From an uncultured Pseudomonadota bacterium (GTDB lineage Bacteria > Pseudomonadota > Gammaproteobacteria > Acidiferrobacterales > UBA6901), in assembly GCA_963698375.1 (NCBI GenBank), contig CAVOQN010000006.1:165488-229487 (forward strand): 64,000 nucleotides of DNA, written 5' to 3'. Below are positions 29,402-39,050 of the stretch, piece after piece; within the stretch, counting starts at the first letter, position 1; the number at the start of each line of letters is the position of its first letter. A model generated the notes under the pieces. It saw only the letters and a list, made by a program, of their open reading frames with translations. It did no database searches and was not told where the DNA came from. The translations under genes and the position numbers were made by a program.

Positions 29402-29917
29402 TTACGCATGGCCGAGATAGGCGAGCGCCTGATCCATGCAGCAGTTCGAGTGCGACAGGTTCAGGCCTAGCTGATACGACAGCTCGGCGATCATGGCTTC
29501 ATCGTTGGTTCCCAGCTCTCGCGTGTCCATGGACATTGGCCCGTAGCACTGTGAATCGTAGAGCACGGTGTAGTGGACAATCGCCGGATAGCGTGCCACC
29601 TCGAGCCGGAACACGCTGCAGGGCACCTCCTTGTCACAGTCATTCCTGCACACGCCCGTGCCGAGGTGCAGGGCTTCCTCGGGAACACCCGCCGGCGTCG
29701 CGATCTTGCAGGTTTGGCGCGGAGCAGCTGTGTCGTGTTCTGTCAGTTGAAACACACGCGGCCCGTCGTGCCGGAAGCTGGCCACCGCCTTCGGCACCAC
29801 GCCGCCCTGGAAGAACAGCCGATAGCGGCCGCGTGTGTATTCGCCGCAAAGCCAAGCGCAGCGGCGAACAGCAAGCCGCAGCAGGTGGTTCGTGCCGGCC
29901 CTGGGCGGTTTTTTCAA
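29402..29917 (-). CDS. hypothetical protein
   Basis: 171-aa ORF with a TTG start, divergent from 30018. I recognise no family and the start is uncertain. Confidence 0.4.
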   Translation of the reverse strand: MKKPPRAGTNHLLRLAVRRCAWLCGEYTRGRYRLFFQGGVVPKAVASFRHDGPRVFQLTEHDTAAPRQTCKIATPAGVPEEALHLGTGVCRNDCDKEVPCSVFRLEVARYPAIVHYTVLYDSQCYGPMSMDTRELGTNDEAMIAELSYQLGLNLSHSNCCMDQALAYLGHA

Positions 29918-29922
29918 GATCG

Positions 29923-29951
29923 TTGACTCTGCAAACCAAGCTGGCGAATAT
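29923..29951 (+). promoter_or_regulatory. candidate sigma70 promoter TTGACT-N17-GAATAT
   Basis: Lies 67 nt upstream of ATG 30018. Confidence 0.4.
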
Positions 29952-30017
29952 CGGCAGGCGGCAGGGGAGATGGAAAATCCAGGCCCCCCGCATCGAATGA
30001 TAGTGGGGGGTTAGCGC

Positions 30018-31991
30018 ATGCGAGTATCGTTCATCAGGACCGCACAGTTTTACAGCATATTGCTGCTGCTCTGGACCGCAAGCGGCATGTCGCCGGCCTC
30101 TGCCAACAGTCCGCCTGACACACCGTCAATTGACGCCCCGAGCGTCGATGGAACGATCGTCCACCCCGCCGACGTGCACATGGAAACGAATACGACGTTT
30201 TCCGACCCCGATCCCGGCGACACACATGTCTGTACCGATTTTGAAATCTGGATCGTCGCGCCTTCGGAACGCGTCTGGGTAGCATCGTGCATAGCCGGCC
30301 CGCAGAAGTATCACACCCACATCGGCGACGGCGTGTTTGAGAACTCGCACGCGGGAAGAACCGCGTTCATGTTCGAAACCGACTATCTGCTTCGCGCACG
30401 CTTCAAGGACAGCAGCGGTGATCCAGGCACGGAGTGGAGCGATTGGGGCCAGCGCCTTTTCCGCACCGCTTCCACCCCCGCGCCCGGCGGGCCGATCGCC
30501 TGGACCGTGATGCAACCGGATTACGAAGTCGAGATTTTTGCCACGGGGTTCGAGCTTCCGGTCAACATCGCCTTTGTGCCAAATCCGGGGCCGAATCCGG
30601 ACGACATTTTCTTTTACGTGACGGAGCTGTACGGCCGCATCAAGGTGGTCACGCGCGACGGCACCGTCACGGATTACTTTAGTGGTGCACTCAATACAAC
30701 GCCGAGTGGGGAGTTTCCTGGCTCGGGCGAGATGGGCCTGGCCGGAATCGTCGTTGATCCGGCGACCGGCGATGTCTTCGCCAGCATGCTTTACGATGCC
30801 GATGGCGTTGTGGGCGGCCCGAGTTATCCCAAAGTTGTGCGCTTCCACAGTCACAGCGACGGCAGAATAGCGGACGACGCCACCACGATCCTGGATATGC
30901 CCGGCGAGGACAATTACGAATCGCACCAGATATCCAACCTTACCATCGGCCCCGACGGCAAGCTCTACGTGCACTTGGGCGATGGCTTCGATGAATCTAC
31001 CGCGCAGTACCTCGACTCCTACCGTGGCAAGATACTGCGCATGAACCTCGACGGCTCACCCGCGAGCGACAATCCGTTTTACGACCTCAGCGACGGCATT
31101 AATTCCAGAGACTACATATTCGCCTATGGATTCCGCAATCCGTTCGGCGGCGCCTGGCGGGCGGCCGATAACGCTCACTACGCAGTTGAAAACGGACCTG
31201 GTGTAGACCGGTTCGCCAAGATTGTGCGCGGCTGGAATTACCTCTGGGATGGAACCGATGACAGCATGCTGAATTTTGCCATCTACAATTGGTCACCCGC
31301 CGTCGCGCCGGTAAACATTGCTTTCGTCCAAACGGCGACTTTCAACGGAAGCAGGTTTCCTCTAATAAAGATGGATCACGCCTACGTTACCGAATCCGGC
31401 CCGACGTGGGCCACCGGCCCCGTGGGTGAATTCGGAAAGCGAATCAGCGAATTCGCCCTCGATCCGGTTGGCAACTTGCTGAGCGGTTACCCCAGGACAT
31501 TGATCGAATATAGCGGCACTGGCAAAGCGACGGCTGCCGGTTTGGCCGCGGGTCCCGACGGACTCTATTTCACGGATTTGTACGTTGACCAGCGCTTCGA
31601 CACCGCAGTCGCCGTGGGCGCCAACGTTCTTCGAATCAGGTACGTCGGTACACTGCCTGTTCCTGAACCGCCGCCTGTCCCGTCGCCGTCCGCCAAGGCG
31701 GATGGGGCAAAGTGCTTTATCGCCACCGCGGCCTACGGATCGCCAATGGCGCATGAAGTGCGATACCTGCGCGCGATGCGCGACCGCTATCTGCTTCCCA
31801 GCAATCTCGGCCGCTGGTTTGTTGAACAGTACTATCGGTTCAGCCCGCCGCTCGCACAGACGCTGCGCGTGCATGATGATTTAAGGGCGGTCGTGCGCGT
31901 TGGCCTTGCACCGCTGGTGGCGTTCAGCAAGTGGTTGGTGGGTTCCGATGAGTCCGAAGGCGATACGATCGGTGGGGTCAGGGTCAATTAA
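30018..31991 (+). CDS. PQQ-dependent sugar dehydrogenase-like beta-propeller protein with C-terminal CFIATAAYGS module
   Basis: Signal peptide. Motifs GPDGKLYVHLGDG, GKILRMNLDGSPASDNPF and FAYGFRNPFG. C-terminal CFIATAAYGSPMAHEVRYLRAMRDRYL. Confidence 0.8.
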   Translation: MRVSFIRTAQFYSILLLLWTASGMSPASANSPPDTPSIDAPSVDGTIVHPADVHMETNTTFSDPDPGDTHVCTDFEIWIVAPSERVWVASCIAGPQKYHTHIGDGVFENSHAGRTAFMFETDYLLRARFKDSSGDPGTEWSDWGQRLFRTASTPAPGGPIAWTVMQPDYEVEIFATGFELPVNIAFVPNPGPNPDDIFFYVTELYGRIKVVTRDGTVTDYFSGALNTTPSGEFPGSGEMGLAGIVVDPATGDVFASMLYDADGVVGGPSYPKVVRFHSHSDGRIADDATTILDMPGEDNYESHQISNLTIGPDGKLYVHLGDGFDESTAQYLDSYRGKILRMNLDGSPASDNPFYDLSDGINSRDYIFAYGFRNPFGGAWRAADNAHYAVENGPGVDRFAKIVRGWNYLWDGTDDSMLNFAIYNWSPAVAPVNIAFVQTATFNGSRFPLIKMDHAYVTESGPTWATGPVGEFGKRISEFALDPVGNLLSGYPRTLIEYSGTGKATAAGLAAGPDGLYFTDLYVDQRFDTAVAVGANVLRIRYVGTLPVPEPPPVPSPSAKADGAKCFIATAAYGSPMAHEVRYLRAMRDRYLLPSNLGRWFVEQYYRFSPPLAQTLRVHDDLRAVVRVGLAPLVAFSKWLVGSDESEGDTIGGVRVN

Positions 31992-32050
31992 ATCCCGTCG
32001 CGCTGCCGCCATCACGCAGGCAATCAACGATGCAACCTAGCAAATGACGA

Positions 32051-32093
32051 GGTCAGGTCTTGCAAAGATCATTGGATCTAGCAAGACCTGACC
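32051..32093. repeat. palindromic repeat, GGTCAGGTCTTGC family
   Basis: GGTCAGGTCTTGC-N17-GCAAGACCTGACC. Related to 43669..43742. Confidence 0.8.
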
Positions 32094-32195
32094 CTATTGT
32101 CTTGTGTCTTGCAGGCGTATATCGGCATGCACGCTGCCCTGAAAATCGCCAAACCGTTGCATGTATTCAATGATCAGCGACGACCGGATCGGGCT

Positions 32196-33158
32196 TCATA
32201 AAAAACTGCTGGAGTGCACCGGCCGGAAGTAGTTGCCAATCGCCGCCACATGGCGGTGATCGGTGCCGCAGCAGCCGCCGATCACGCGCAGTTTCGGCAG
32301 CAACTTGCCAAGCGCGCGGTACGCGTGTCCCAGCTCCACCGGGTTGCCGGCATCGAGGTCGGTGCTTTCGTCGAGTTCGGCATGGCTGCGTTTCGAGGCA
32401 TTGGCGCGCAGCCCGCGAATGCGCTGCGTCCACGCGCCGCCATGTTTCAGCTCGCGCTCGAAGTGCGTGGGGTGCGCGCAGTTGATCATGAAGTAGGCCG
32501 GGTAGCCGCCGGTGTCGGCGTCGGTGCGCTCGATCGCGCGTTGCAGCGTGTCGCCGCTCGGCAGCTTGCCGTCGGTTTCGAGCGTGAACGAAATCACTAC
32601 CGGCATCTGCGCATCGCGCGCCGCCAGCACAATGCCGATCGCCTCCTCGACATAGGTCATGGTGAACGCCGCCACCAGATCGGCGTCGGTCTGCGCGAAG
32701 GTTTCAATCTGCGGCGCGTGGTAGGCGCGCGCCTCTTCCACCGACATGCGCGCATCGACGCGGTAGCCGTCGCCGCGCGGGCCGAGGTTGCCGCTGATCG
32801 GCATCGGTGATTGCGCGGTTTCGAACGCATCGCGGATTTCCAGCATCAGGCCAATCGCCTTGCGGTTGGCGTCGGCCAGCGCGACCGCGTCGTAGCCGAG
32901 TTTGGCCGCCCAGTCCGGGTTGGCGCGCCAGGTGGGAGCTTCCAGTACCAGCCCCATGCCCTGGTCGCGGGCAATGCCGGCATAGCAGCGATAATAATCG
33001 CGCAGCCGTTCGAAACCGGCATCGTCCTTGAGCAGGTCGAAGGACGCGAAATACGGCAGGTCGAGCCCGTCGTGGAAAATCAGTGTGGTTTCGAGGCCGC
33101 CGTCGGTGAGGAACAGCTGGTCGCGAAGTTGTGGGAGATGCTCGCGGTATTTGCTCAT
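32196..33158 (-). CDS. homocysteine S-methyltransferase family protein
   Basis: ORF 32196..33278 trimmed to MSKYREHL. Motifs LFLTDGGLETTLIF and C-terminal GGCCGT. Confidence 0.85.
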   Translation of the reverse strand: MSKYREHLPQLRDQLFLTDGGLETTLIFHDGLDLPYFASFDLLKDDAGFERLRDYYRCYAGIARDQGMGLVLEAPTWRANPDWAAKLGYDAVALADANRKAIGLMLEIRDAFETAQSPMPISGNLGPRGDGYRVDARMSVEEARAYHAPQIETFAQTDADLVAAFTMTYVEEAIGIVLAARDAQMPVVISFTLETDGKLPSGDTLQRAIERTDADTGGYPAYFMINCAHPTHFERELKHGGAWTQRIRGLRANASKRSHAELDESTDLDAGNPVELGHAYRALGKLLPKLRVIGGCCGTDHRHVAAIGNYFRPVHSSSFL

Positions 33159-33216
33159 GACGTTTCTCCGTATTGAGTTGATGGTATTCGGTTTCAGGAA
33201 TGTTCGTTCGCCCGGC

Positions 33217-34011
33217 TCAGCCACTGCGCTGCTGCAGCACCTCCAGTTCCTCGTCTTCGGAACGCGGGCGCGACACATCCTGCCACCGCAGCATGTCGAT
33301 CACCCGCGCCGAGGCCCCGTCGTAGAAGCCGGTTTCGCGCGCGAAGTCCTTCGGGTTGTGGAAGGTGCCGAACAGGATGTCGAACAGCGGCAGGTCGCTG
33401 TAGTTGCGCGCGTGCACGCCGCGCTCGTGGTGCGCGGAGTGGCTTTCCGGACGCTGGATGATGTAGCCCAGCCACCGTGGCGTGCGAATATTGCTGTGCT
33501 GGAACACGCCGAGGAAGGTGGTGGTATAGATCACCAGCACCGTCGCCTCGGGGGTGATGCCGACGATCATCGTGAGGCACAGGCTGCTGAGTGCCGTCCA
33601 GCCGATCATGTCGAGCGGGCTGAACCAGAAGGCGCCGGCCGCATCCAGTCGCTCGGCGCTGTGGTGCATCTGGTGCACGCTGCGCCACAGCCAGGTCGAG
33701 GCGTGCATGCTGCGGTGATAGACCCAGGCACCGGCCTCGTACACCAACAGGCCGGCGAGTGCGCCGCCCCAGGTGCCGAGGGCGGTGAGATCAAACAGCC
33801 GCAGGCCGGCGAGCGCCTCGCCCCACACGAACGGCAGGTACGACGACACCAGGAAAAACACCGCAAACATGGCGATTCCCTTCGCTTGCCAGCCGCGCAC
33901 TTTCGGCAGTTTCCGCGCCGGGGCCACGGTTTCCCACAGCATCAGGCCGCCGATGATGGTAAAGATCACAAGCGAAACGGGGTCGAGGATCAATTGCAAA
34001 AGGGTTGGCAT
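33217..34011 (-). CDS. sterol desaturase / fatty acid hydroxylase family protein
   Basis: Histidine boxes HQMHHS and HSAHHE. TM-rich N-terminus. AAGGAG RBS before ATG 34011. Confidence 0.85.
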   Translation of the reverse strand: MPTLLQLILDPVSLVIFTIIGGLMLWETVAPARKLPKVRGWQAKGIAMFAVFFLVSSYLPFVWGEALAGLRLFDLTALGTWGGALAGLLVYEAGAWVYHRSMHASTWLWRSVHQMHHSAERLDAAGAFWFSPLDMIGWTALSSLCLTMIVGITPEATVLVIYTTTFLGVFQHSNIRTPRWLGYIIQRPESHSAHHERGVHARNYSDLPLFDILFGTFHNPKDFARETGFYDGASARVIDMLRWQDVSRPRSEDEELEVLQQRSG

Positions 34012-34109
34012 GACAGGGCTCCTTGGATAATGATGAACGTGCACGCAGGCTACGCCGCCCGACCCCGGCCCACTAAAGCCAAACACGCCACCAACCGGAC
34101 ATATCAGCC

Positions 34110-35168
34110 ATGCTCAATCCGAATCCGCCTGATTCACCGCCTATTCCGGTCGCGATGCTGGTGTTTCCCGAGACCACGGCCTCGGTGGTGTATGGCATGT
34201 ACGACATGTTCATGTCGGCCGGGCGCGACTGGAGCGTGATTCTCGATGGCCGGCCCGGCCCGCAGCGGATGCAGCCGATGCTGGTGTCCGCGCGTCCCGG
34301 TCCGGTTGCCGTCGGCAACGACGTGTCGATTGCCGTGCACGCAACGTTCGCCGACTGCCCGCCGGTCGAGATCATCTGCGTACCGGAAATGAACCTGCCG
34401 CCCGGCGAACCGTTGGGCGATCGCTTCAAGGCCGAGATCGACTGGCTGCATCGAGCGCCACGCGCAGGGCGCCATTCTCGCCAGCGCCTGCTCGGGCGCC
34501 ATGCTGCTGGCCGAGGCCGGACTGCTCGACGGGCTCGATGCCACCACCCACTGGGCATGGTGCGCCGATGCTGTGCGAGCAGTACCCGAAGGTGAAGGTG
34601 CGCGAACAGCGCGCGCTGGTGGTGAGCGGCGAGGGCCAGCGTCTGGTGATGGCCGGTGGCGGCACCACCTGGCTCGACCTCGCGTTGTATCTCATCGCGC
34701 GCAGCGTCGGCGTCGAAGCCGCGATGCAGGTGGCGCGCATTAACCTCATCGACTGGCACGCCATCGGTCAGCAGCCGTTCGCGCGCCTCGCGCGTTCACG
34801 CCAGGTGGAAGATGCCGTCATCGCCCGCTGCCAGGCGTGGATCGCCGAGCACTACAACGAGCCCAACCCGGTGCACCGCGCTGGTGCGACTCTCGGGCCT
34901 CGCCGAACGTTCGTTCAAGCGCCGCTTCCAGCAGGCCACCGGCATGCCGCCGCTGGAATACGTGCACGCGCTGCGCATCGAGGAAGCCAAACAGATGCTG
35001 GAGGCGGGCGAGGAACCGATCGAGACCATCGCCCTTGAGGTGGGTTACGAAGACGCGGCGTTTTTCAGCCGCCTGTTCAAGCGCAAGGTGGCCTTGAGCC
35101 CGGCGCAGTACCGCAAGCGCTTCGGGGCGCTGCGGCAATCGCTGATGAATCCGCCGTCGCCCGGTTGA
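34110..35168 (+). pseudogene. GlxA-like (DJ-1 domain + AraC HTH) transcriptional regulator with three frameshifts
   Basis: The coding signal passes through four frames: 34110.., HAQGAILASACSGAMLLAEAGLL.., CEQYPKVKV.., ..LSGLAERSFKRRFQQATGMPPLEYV... Breaks are near 34458, 34561 and 34875. Confidence 0.75.
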
Positions 35169-35279
35169 CCTGTCCTCGTGCACGGGTGCTTCGCTTCATT
35201 TGCAGTAGCCCGGGTTTCGGCAGACACTGCAAGGCTTGGTCCGCAACCGCGGAGCAAGCGAGCGAAACGGAGGCCGACC

Positions 35280-36128
35280 ATGAACAAGGTGGAAGCGAAA
35301 GACAAGCAGCACAAGAGCTGGACGCTGGTCGCGCCGGGCTGGGGCAAGTATGACTCGTTGATGCGCGCCTGGAGCGCGCCGGTCACCGAGCGCATGATCG
35401 CGCTGGCCGCCATTCGCGAAGGTTCGCGCGTGCTCGACATCGCCTGCGGCGCCGGCGAGCCGGCGCTGACCGTGGCCGAGAAGGTCGGGCCGACGGGTGC
35501 CGTGCTGGCCACCGACTTCGTCGAGGAAATGGTCGGCTTCGCGCGCTCCAAGGCCCAGGCGCGCGCGCTCACCAACGTCGAGTTCCGCTGTGTCGATGGC
35601 GAAGCGCTCGACGCCACGGGCGGCGCGTTCGACGCCGTGACCATGCGTTGGGGCCTCATGTTTATGCCCGACCCGGTCGCGTGCATGCGCCGCGTGCACG
35701 ACGCGCTCCGGCCCGGCGGCAAGGCGGTGGTGTGCTGCTGGACCGAGGCCGCAGACAACCCGTTCGTCACTGTGCCGCTCGGGGTGCTCAAGCGGCACAT
35801 GGAGGTTCCCCAGCCGCCCGCCGGCGCCCCCGGCATCTTTGCGCTCGCCAGCGCCGACCGGTTACACGAAATCTTTGCCGAAGCCGGGTTTCGCAACGTG
35901 GCCATCGAGCAGGTGACCATCCCGATGGCCGATTTCGCCACCGGTGCCGAGTACGACGAATTCATTCGCGAACTGGCGGGACCGGTGGCCAGCCTGTTTG
36001 TGCAGCTGCCAGCCGAAACACAGGAAGTAGTAAAAAAAGAAATCGCCCGCGATGCCGAGGCCTACAGCGCCACGCCCGGGCGCGTGGTGCTGCATGGCAT
36101 CACCCATGTTGTGGTCGGCACCAAGTAG
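35280..36128 (+). CDS. class I SAM-dependent methyltransferase
   Basis: ORF 35178..36128 trimmed to the ATG after GGAGG. SAM motif VLDIACGAGEP. Confidence 0.85.
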   Translation: MNKVEAKDKQHKSWTLVAPGWGKYDSLMRAWSAPVTERMIALAAIREGSRVLDIACGAGEPALTVAEKVGPTGAVLATDFVEEMVGFARSKAQARALTNVEFRCVDGEALDATGGAFDAVTMRWGLMFMPDPVACMRRVHDALRPGGKAVVCCWTEAADNPFVTVPLGVLKRHMEVPQPPAGAPGIFALASADRLHEIFAEAGFRNVAIEQVTIPMADFATGAEYDEFIRELAGPVASLFVQLPAETQEVVKKEIARDAEAYSATPGRVVLHGITHVVVGTK

Positions 36129-36220
36129 CCGGATCCAGTCCGTAGCGTTGTGTTGACACACCCAGTCACCGCCACAGGGGGGAAGCAGCACAGGCGCAGG
36201 GAAGCACGGGTTTTCATATT

Positions 36221-36252
36221 TATAAAAAGAAAAGGCCCGGTGATGACCGGGC
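36221..36252 (-). terminator. rho-independent terminator (hairpin GCCCGGT-CATC-ACCGGGC plus T-rich tail on the minus strand)
   Basis: Lies between convergent genes. An A-rich run on the plus side could make it bidirectional. Confidence 0.6.
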
Positions 36253-36285
36253 TCGAAGACAAAGTGAAAATGATTTATGAACCGT

Positions 36286-37829
36286 TCAGGCCTGGCCCGG
36301 ATCGCCCGGTGATCCCTTGAGCGGTTGGCCGCCCTGCCGGGCACAATCGTCGGCGGGCAGAATCAGGTAGCCCTTGCCCTTGCAGCTGTTCATTCCACCG
36401 CAGGCGTTGCTGGCGGTGGCGCACACGGTCTTGCCCTTGCAGCTGTTGATACCGTAGCAGGCGATCTCGCCGGCCTCGACCTTGGGCGCGTACACATCGA
36501 CGGATTTGTACAGGCCGTAGAAGGCGCCGGCCGCGGCGATGCTCAGGGCGGCGCCGCGGGTGAGTTGCGCCTGGCGCGGGCGCTCGCGCCTGGCCACCGA
36601 GCGGATCATTTCCTCCAGGCACCGGTCCGGTTGCAATGGCAGCCACAGGCAGTACACGCTGGCGGCAAGCAGAACCGCCAGCGGCGCGATGAGTGACCAC
36701 AGCGGCAGGGTCATGGTATTGGTGATCATGAGCCACAGCACGACTGCCGAAATGGCGGCGCTGGCGGTGCCGACCCAGAACGGCGCGAGCCGGTCGCGGC
36801 GGATGCCTTCGCGGTACAAGCCGTAACTCGCAGCCGCGACGGAGGCGACGAATAGCGGGTACATGTAGGCGTGCGTGGCGAAGGCCGCGGCGCCCACCGC
36901 GCCGAACGCGGCGACCAGCAGCGGAATACCCGCGCACACGCCGGCGGCAACCACGGCGCCGGCGAGTGTGAACAGCTGACGCGCCATGACGCTACCACGG
37001 CGACGCCACGAGGATTGTTCATCGATGAACTGCTGCAAGGCGGCGCCGGCCGGCTTGTCCGCTTTCAACACCACGCTGTGGGCGCCGAACAGGCCGGCGA
37101 CCTCGCGTGTCTTGTCGCTGTTGCTGCCGGTAAAGTAATCGAGCTGGTCGACAATTTCGACATTGCCGAAGCCGGCGGCGCGGAACATTTCCAGGTAGCG
37201 GTCTTCGGACACCGCCCGACAACACATTCGGCCCACAGGGCCGGGTCGTTCTGGAACTGCGCGCCAATCGGCTGGCGCAGCGCGATGTCCGCCAGTTGCA
37301 GCCGCCCGCCCGGGCGCAGCACGCGGAAAATTTCCGCCAGCGCGCGCGCCTTGTCGGGCACCAGGTTCAGCACACCGTTGCTGGTGACGACGTCCACCGA
37401 GGCGTCGGGCAGCGGAATGGATTCGGCATTGCCGCCCAGGATCTCGACATTGCGGATGCCGTGTTGATCGAGGATGCCGCGCAGCTTCGTGCGCATCGCC
37501 TCGGTCATGTCGAGCGCATAGACCTTGCCGCGTTCGCCCGCCTGTCGCTGCGCGATCATCACGTCGGTGCCGGAACCCGAGCCGATGTCGAGCACGGTAT
37601 CCCCTTCCCGGATCGCGTCGGCGGCAAAGGGGTAGCCGACACCGGCAAACGATTCCAGCGCCGCCGCCGGCAATCCGGCGAGGACCGTGGCCGGGTAGTG
37701 CACAAACTCGCAGGCCGTGCGGCCGGTGGGGAAATGAAAATCGGACTGTGGCGCGTTCGCGACCTGGGTGTACATCTGCTTCACCGCGCCGAGTATGTGC
37801 TCGCGCTTGTTGCTGGTGATGGCAACCAT
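36286..37829 (-). CDS. ArsM-like SAM methyltransferase fused to a 5-TM domain and a C-terminal 6-Cys (CYGINSCKG...) domain, one frameshift in a G-run
   Basis: ORFs 37065..38030 and 36286..37236 join at ..LWAECVVG/AVSEDRYLEMFRAAGF (C-run fwd 37215-17). Motifs VLDIGSGSG and SNGVLNLVPDK. No stop codon before the TM region. Confidence 0.7.
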
Positions 37830-37903
37830 GCTTTTCTCCCGTGGTGATCGGCGCAGGGCTTTGTTGTGTGGGTCGACGTGATTATCCGAAACCGGACGCC
37901 GGA

Positions 37904-38146
37904 TTAAAACCGTTTGGTCAATTTCCGGATGCGCTGTCGCAGGGCGTCCGGCGCGACGGCGATTTCGGGGGCCTTGATCATCCCGTGCAGGCGCTTGTCG
38001 AACTCCATGCGTGAGAAGCAGGCGCGGCATTTGTGCAGGTGCGCATCAACCGCGGCGTGATCGTTCGGTTCCAGTTCGTTGTCGAGGAACTCGAACAGCA
38101 TGCGGATGGCTTCGTCACAGTTCAGTGTGCGGGGTTCTTTGCTCAT
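37904..38146 (-). CDS. RsrA-type ZAS anti-sigma factor (small, soluble)
   Basis: 80 aa. C10, H36-x3-C40-x2-C43 (HLHKCRAC). ATGA overlap with the sigma gene stop. Confidence 0.85.
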   Translation of the reverse strand: MSKEPRTLNCDEAIRMLFEFLDNELEPNDHAAVDAHLHKCRACFSRMEFDKRLHGMIKAPEIAVAPDALRQRIRKLTKRF

Positions 38147-38793
38147 TGTTCCTCTTTCGGTGGCGCGTCCACCAGCCCCTTGTCGAGGGCGTGTTGCCAT
38201 AGACACTTCTGCATCATGCTGCGCGCCCTGGCCAGGCGCGAGCGCACGGTGCCGACCGGGAGGTCCAGGTTCTCCGCGATCTCGTGGTACTTGAAACCTT
38301 CAACGTCGGCCAGCATCAGCACCACGCGAAAAGATTCGGGCAGGCTGGCGAGCGCCGACTCGATGTCATCATGCAGCAGCCGGTCGAGGAACTGTTGTTC
38401 GGGGTTTCCCCACCACAGTAGCACCGGCTGGTGCAGGCGCTCGAAGATCGAGAACGGCCGGTCATCGCCCTCCGGCTCCTCGATGTATTCCTCGTGCGGT
38501 GTGCGGTTCACGGCCCGGCGCCGCTCGCTGATGAAATGATTGGTCATGATGCGCATCAGCCACGCCCCGATGCGCGTCGGGTCCTGCAGCGTGTCGATAC
38601 TTTTCCACGCATGCTCAACCGTGTCGGCCACCAGGTCTTCGGCGTCGTGCGGATTGCGCGTCAGTCGCCGGGCCTTGCAAAAGAGCTGGCCGAGGTTGGT
38701 GTCGATGTACTGCCCCAGCAGCTCGAGGGAGGGAGTCGGAGAGTTCATCTGCCGAATGATCACCACGTCTGTTTTAAGTGTGATCCCGATCAT
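38143..38793 (-). CDS. ECF (sigma-70 family) RNA polymerase sigma factor
   Basis: Region 2 DAEDLVADTVEHAW and region 4 VGTVRSRLARAR. Start at 38793 (GGAGGG 8 nt upstream). Alternative start ATG 38748. Confidence 0.9.
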   Translation of the reverse strand: MIGITLKTDVVIIRQMNSPTPSLELLGQYIDTNLGQLFCKARRLTRNPHDAEDLVADTVEHAWKSIDTLQDPTRIGAWLMRIMTNHFISERRRAVNRTPHEEYIEEPEGDDRPFSIFERLHQPVLLWWGNPEQQFLDRLLHDDIESALASLPESFRVVLMLADVEGFKYHEIAENLDLPVGTVRSRLARARSMMQKCLWQHALDKGLVDAPPKEEQ

Positions 38794-38880
38794 ACACGAA
38801 CCCTCCGGCTTCCCGGGGCACGGGCCGCCGCGGGGGAGCAAGTGTAGTCGGAATGCGGTGTTTTCCTGTTCATAAGGGGC

Positions 38881-38909
38881 AAGACGCAAACCCCCGGCAA
38901 ATGGTTCCC
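38881..38909 (-). promoter_or_regulatory. candidate ECF promoter GGGAAC-N17-CGTCTT (sigma operon)
   Basis: The motif recurs at 38955, 58192 and 58732. Confidence 0.55.
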
Positions 38910-38954
38910 GCCAGTTTCGATGTTCCGGAAAAAGTTTTGCCCCTGCCCGGGGAC

Positions 38955-38984
38955 GGGAACTCTTTCGCGGGCGTGTTGCGTCAT
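38955..38984 (+). promoter_or_regulatory. candidate ECF promoter GGGAAC-N18-CGTCAT (divergent methyltransferase)
   Basis: Lies 67 nt upstream of ATG 39051. Confidence 0.5.
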
Positions 38985-39050
38985 GCAGCCTAACGGCGGA
39001 ATAAACCGCCCAATACCAACCACCAGCACTACTACTACGGAGGATTTACC

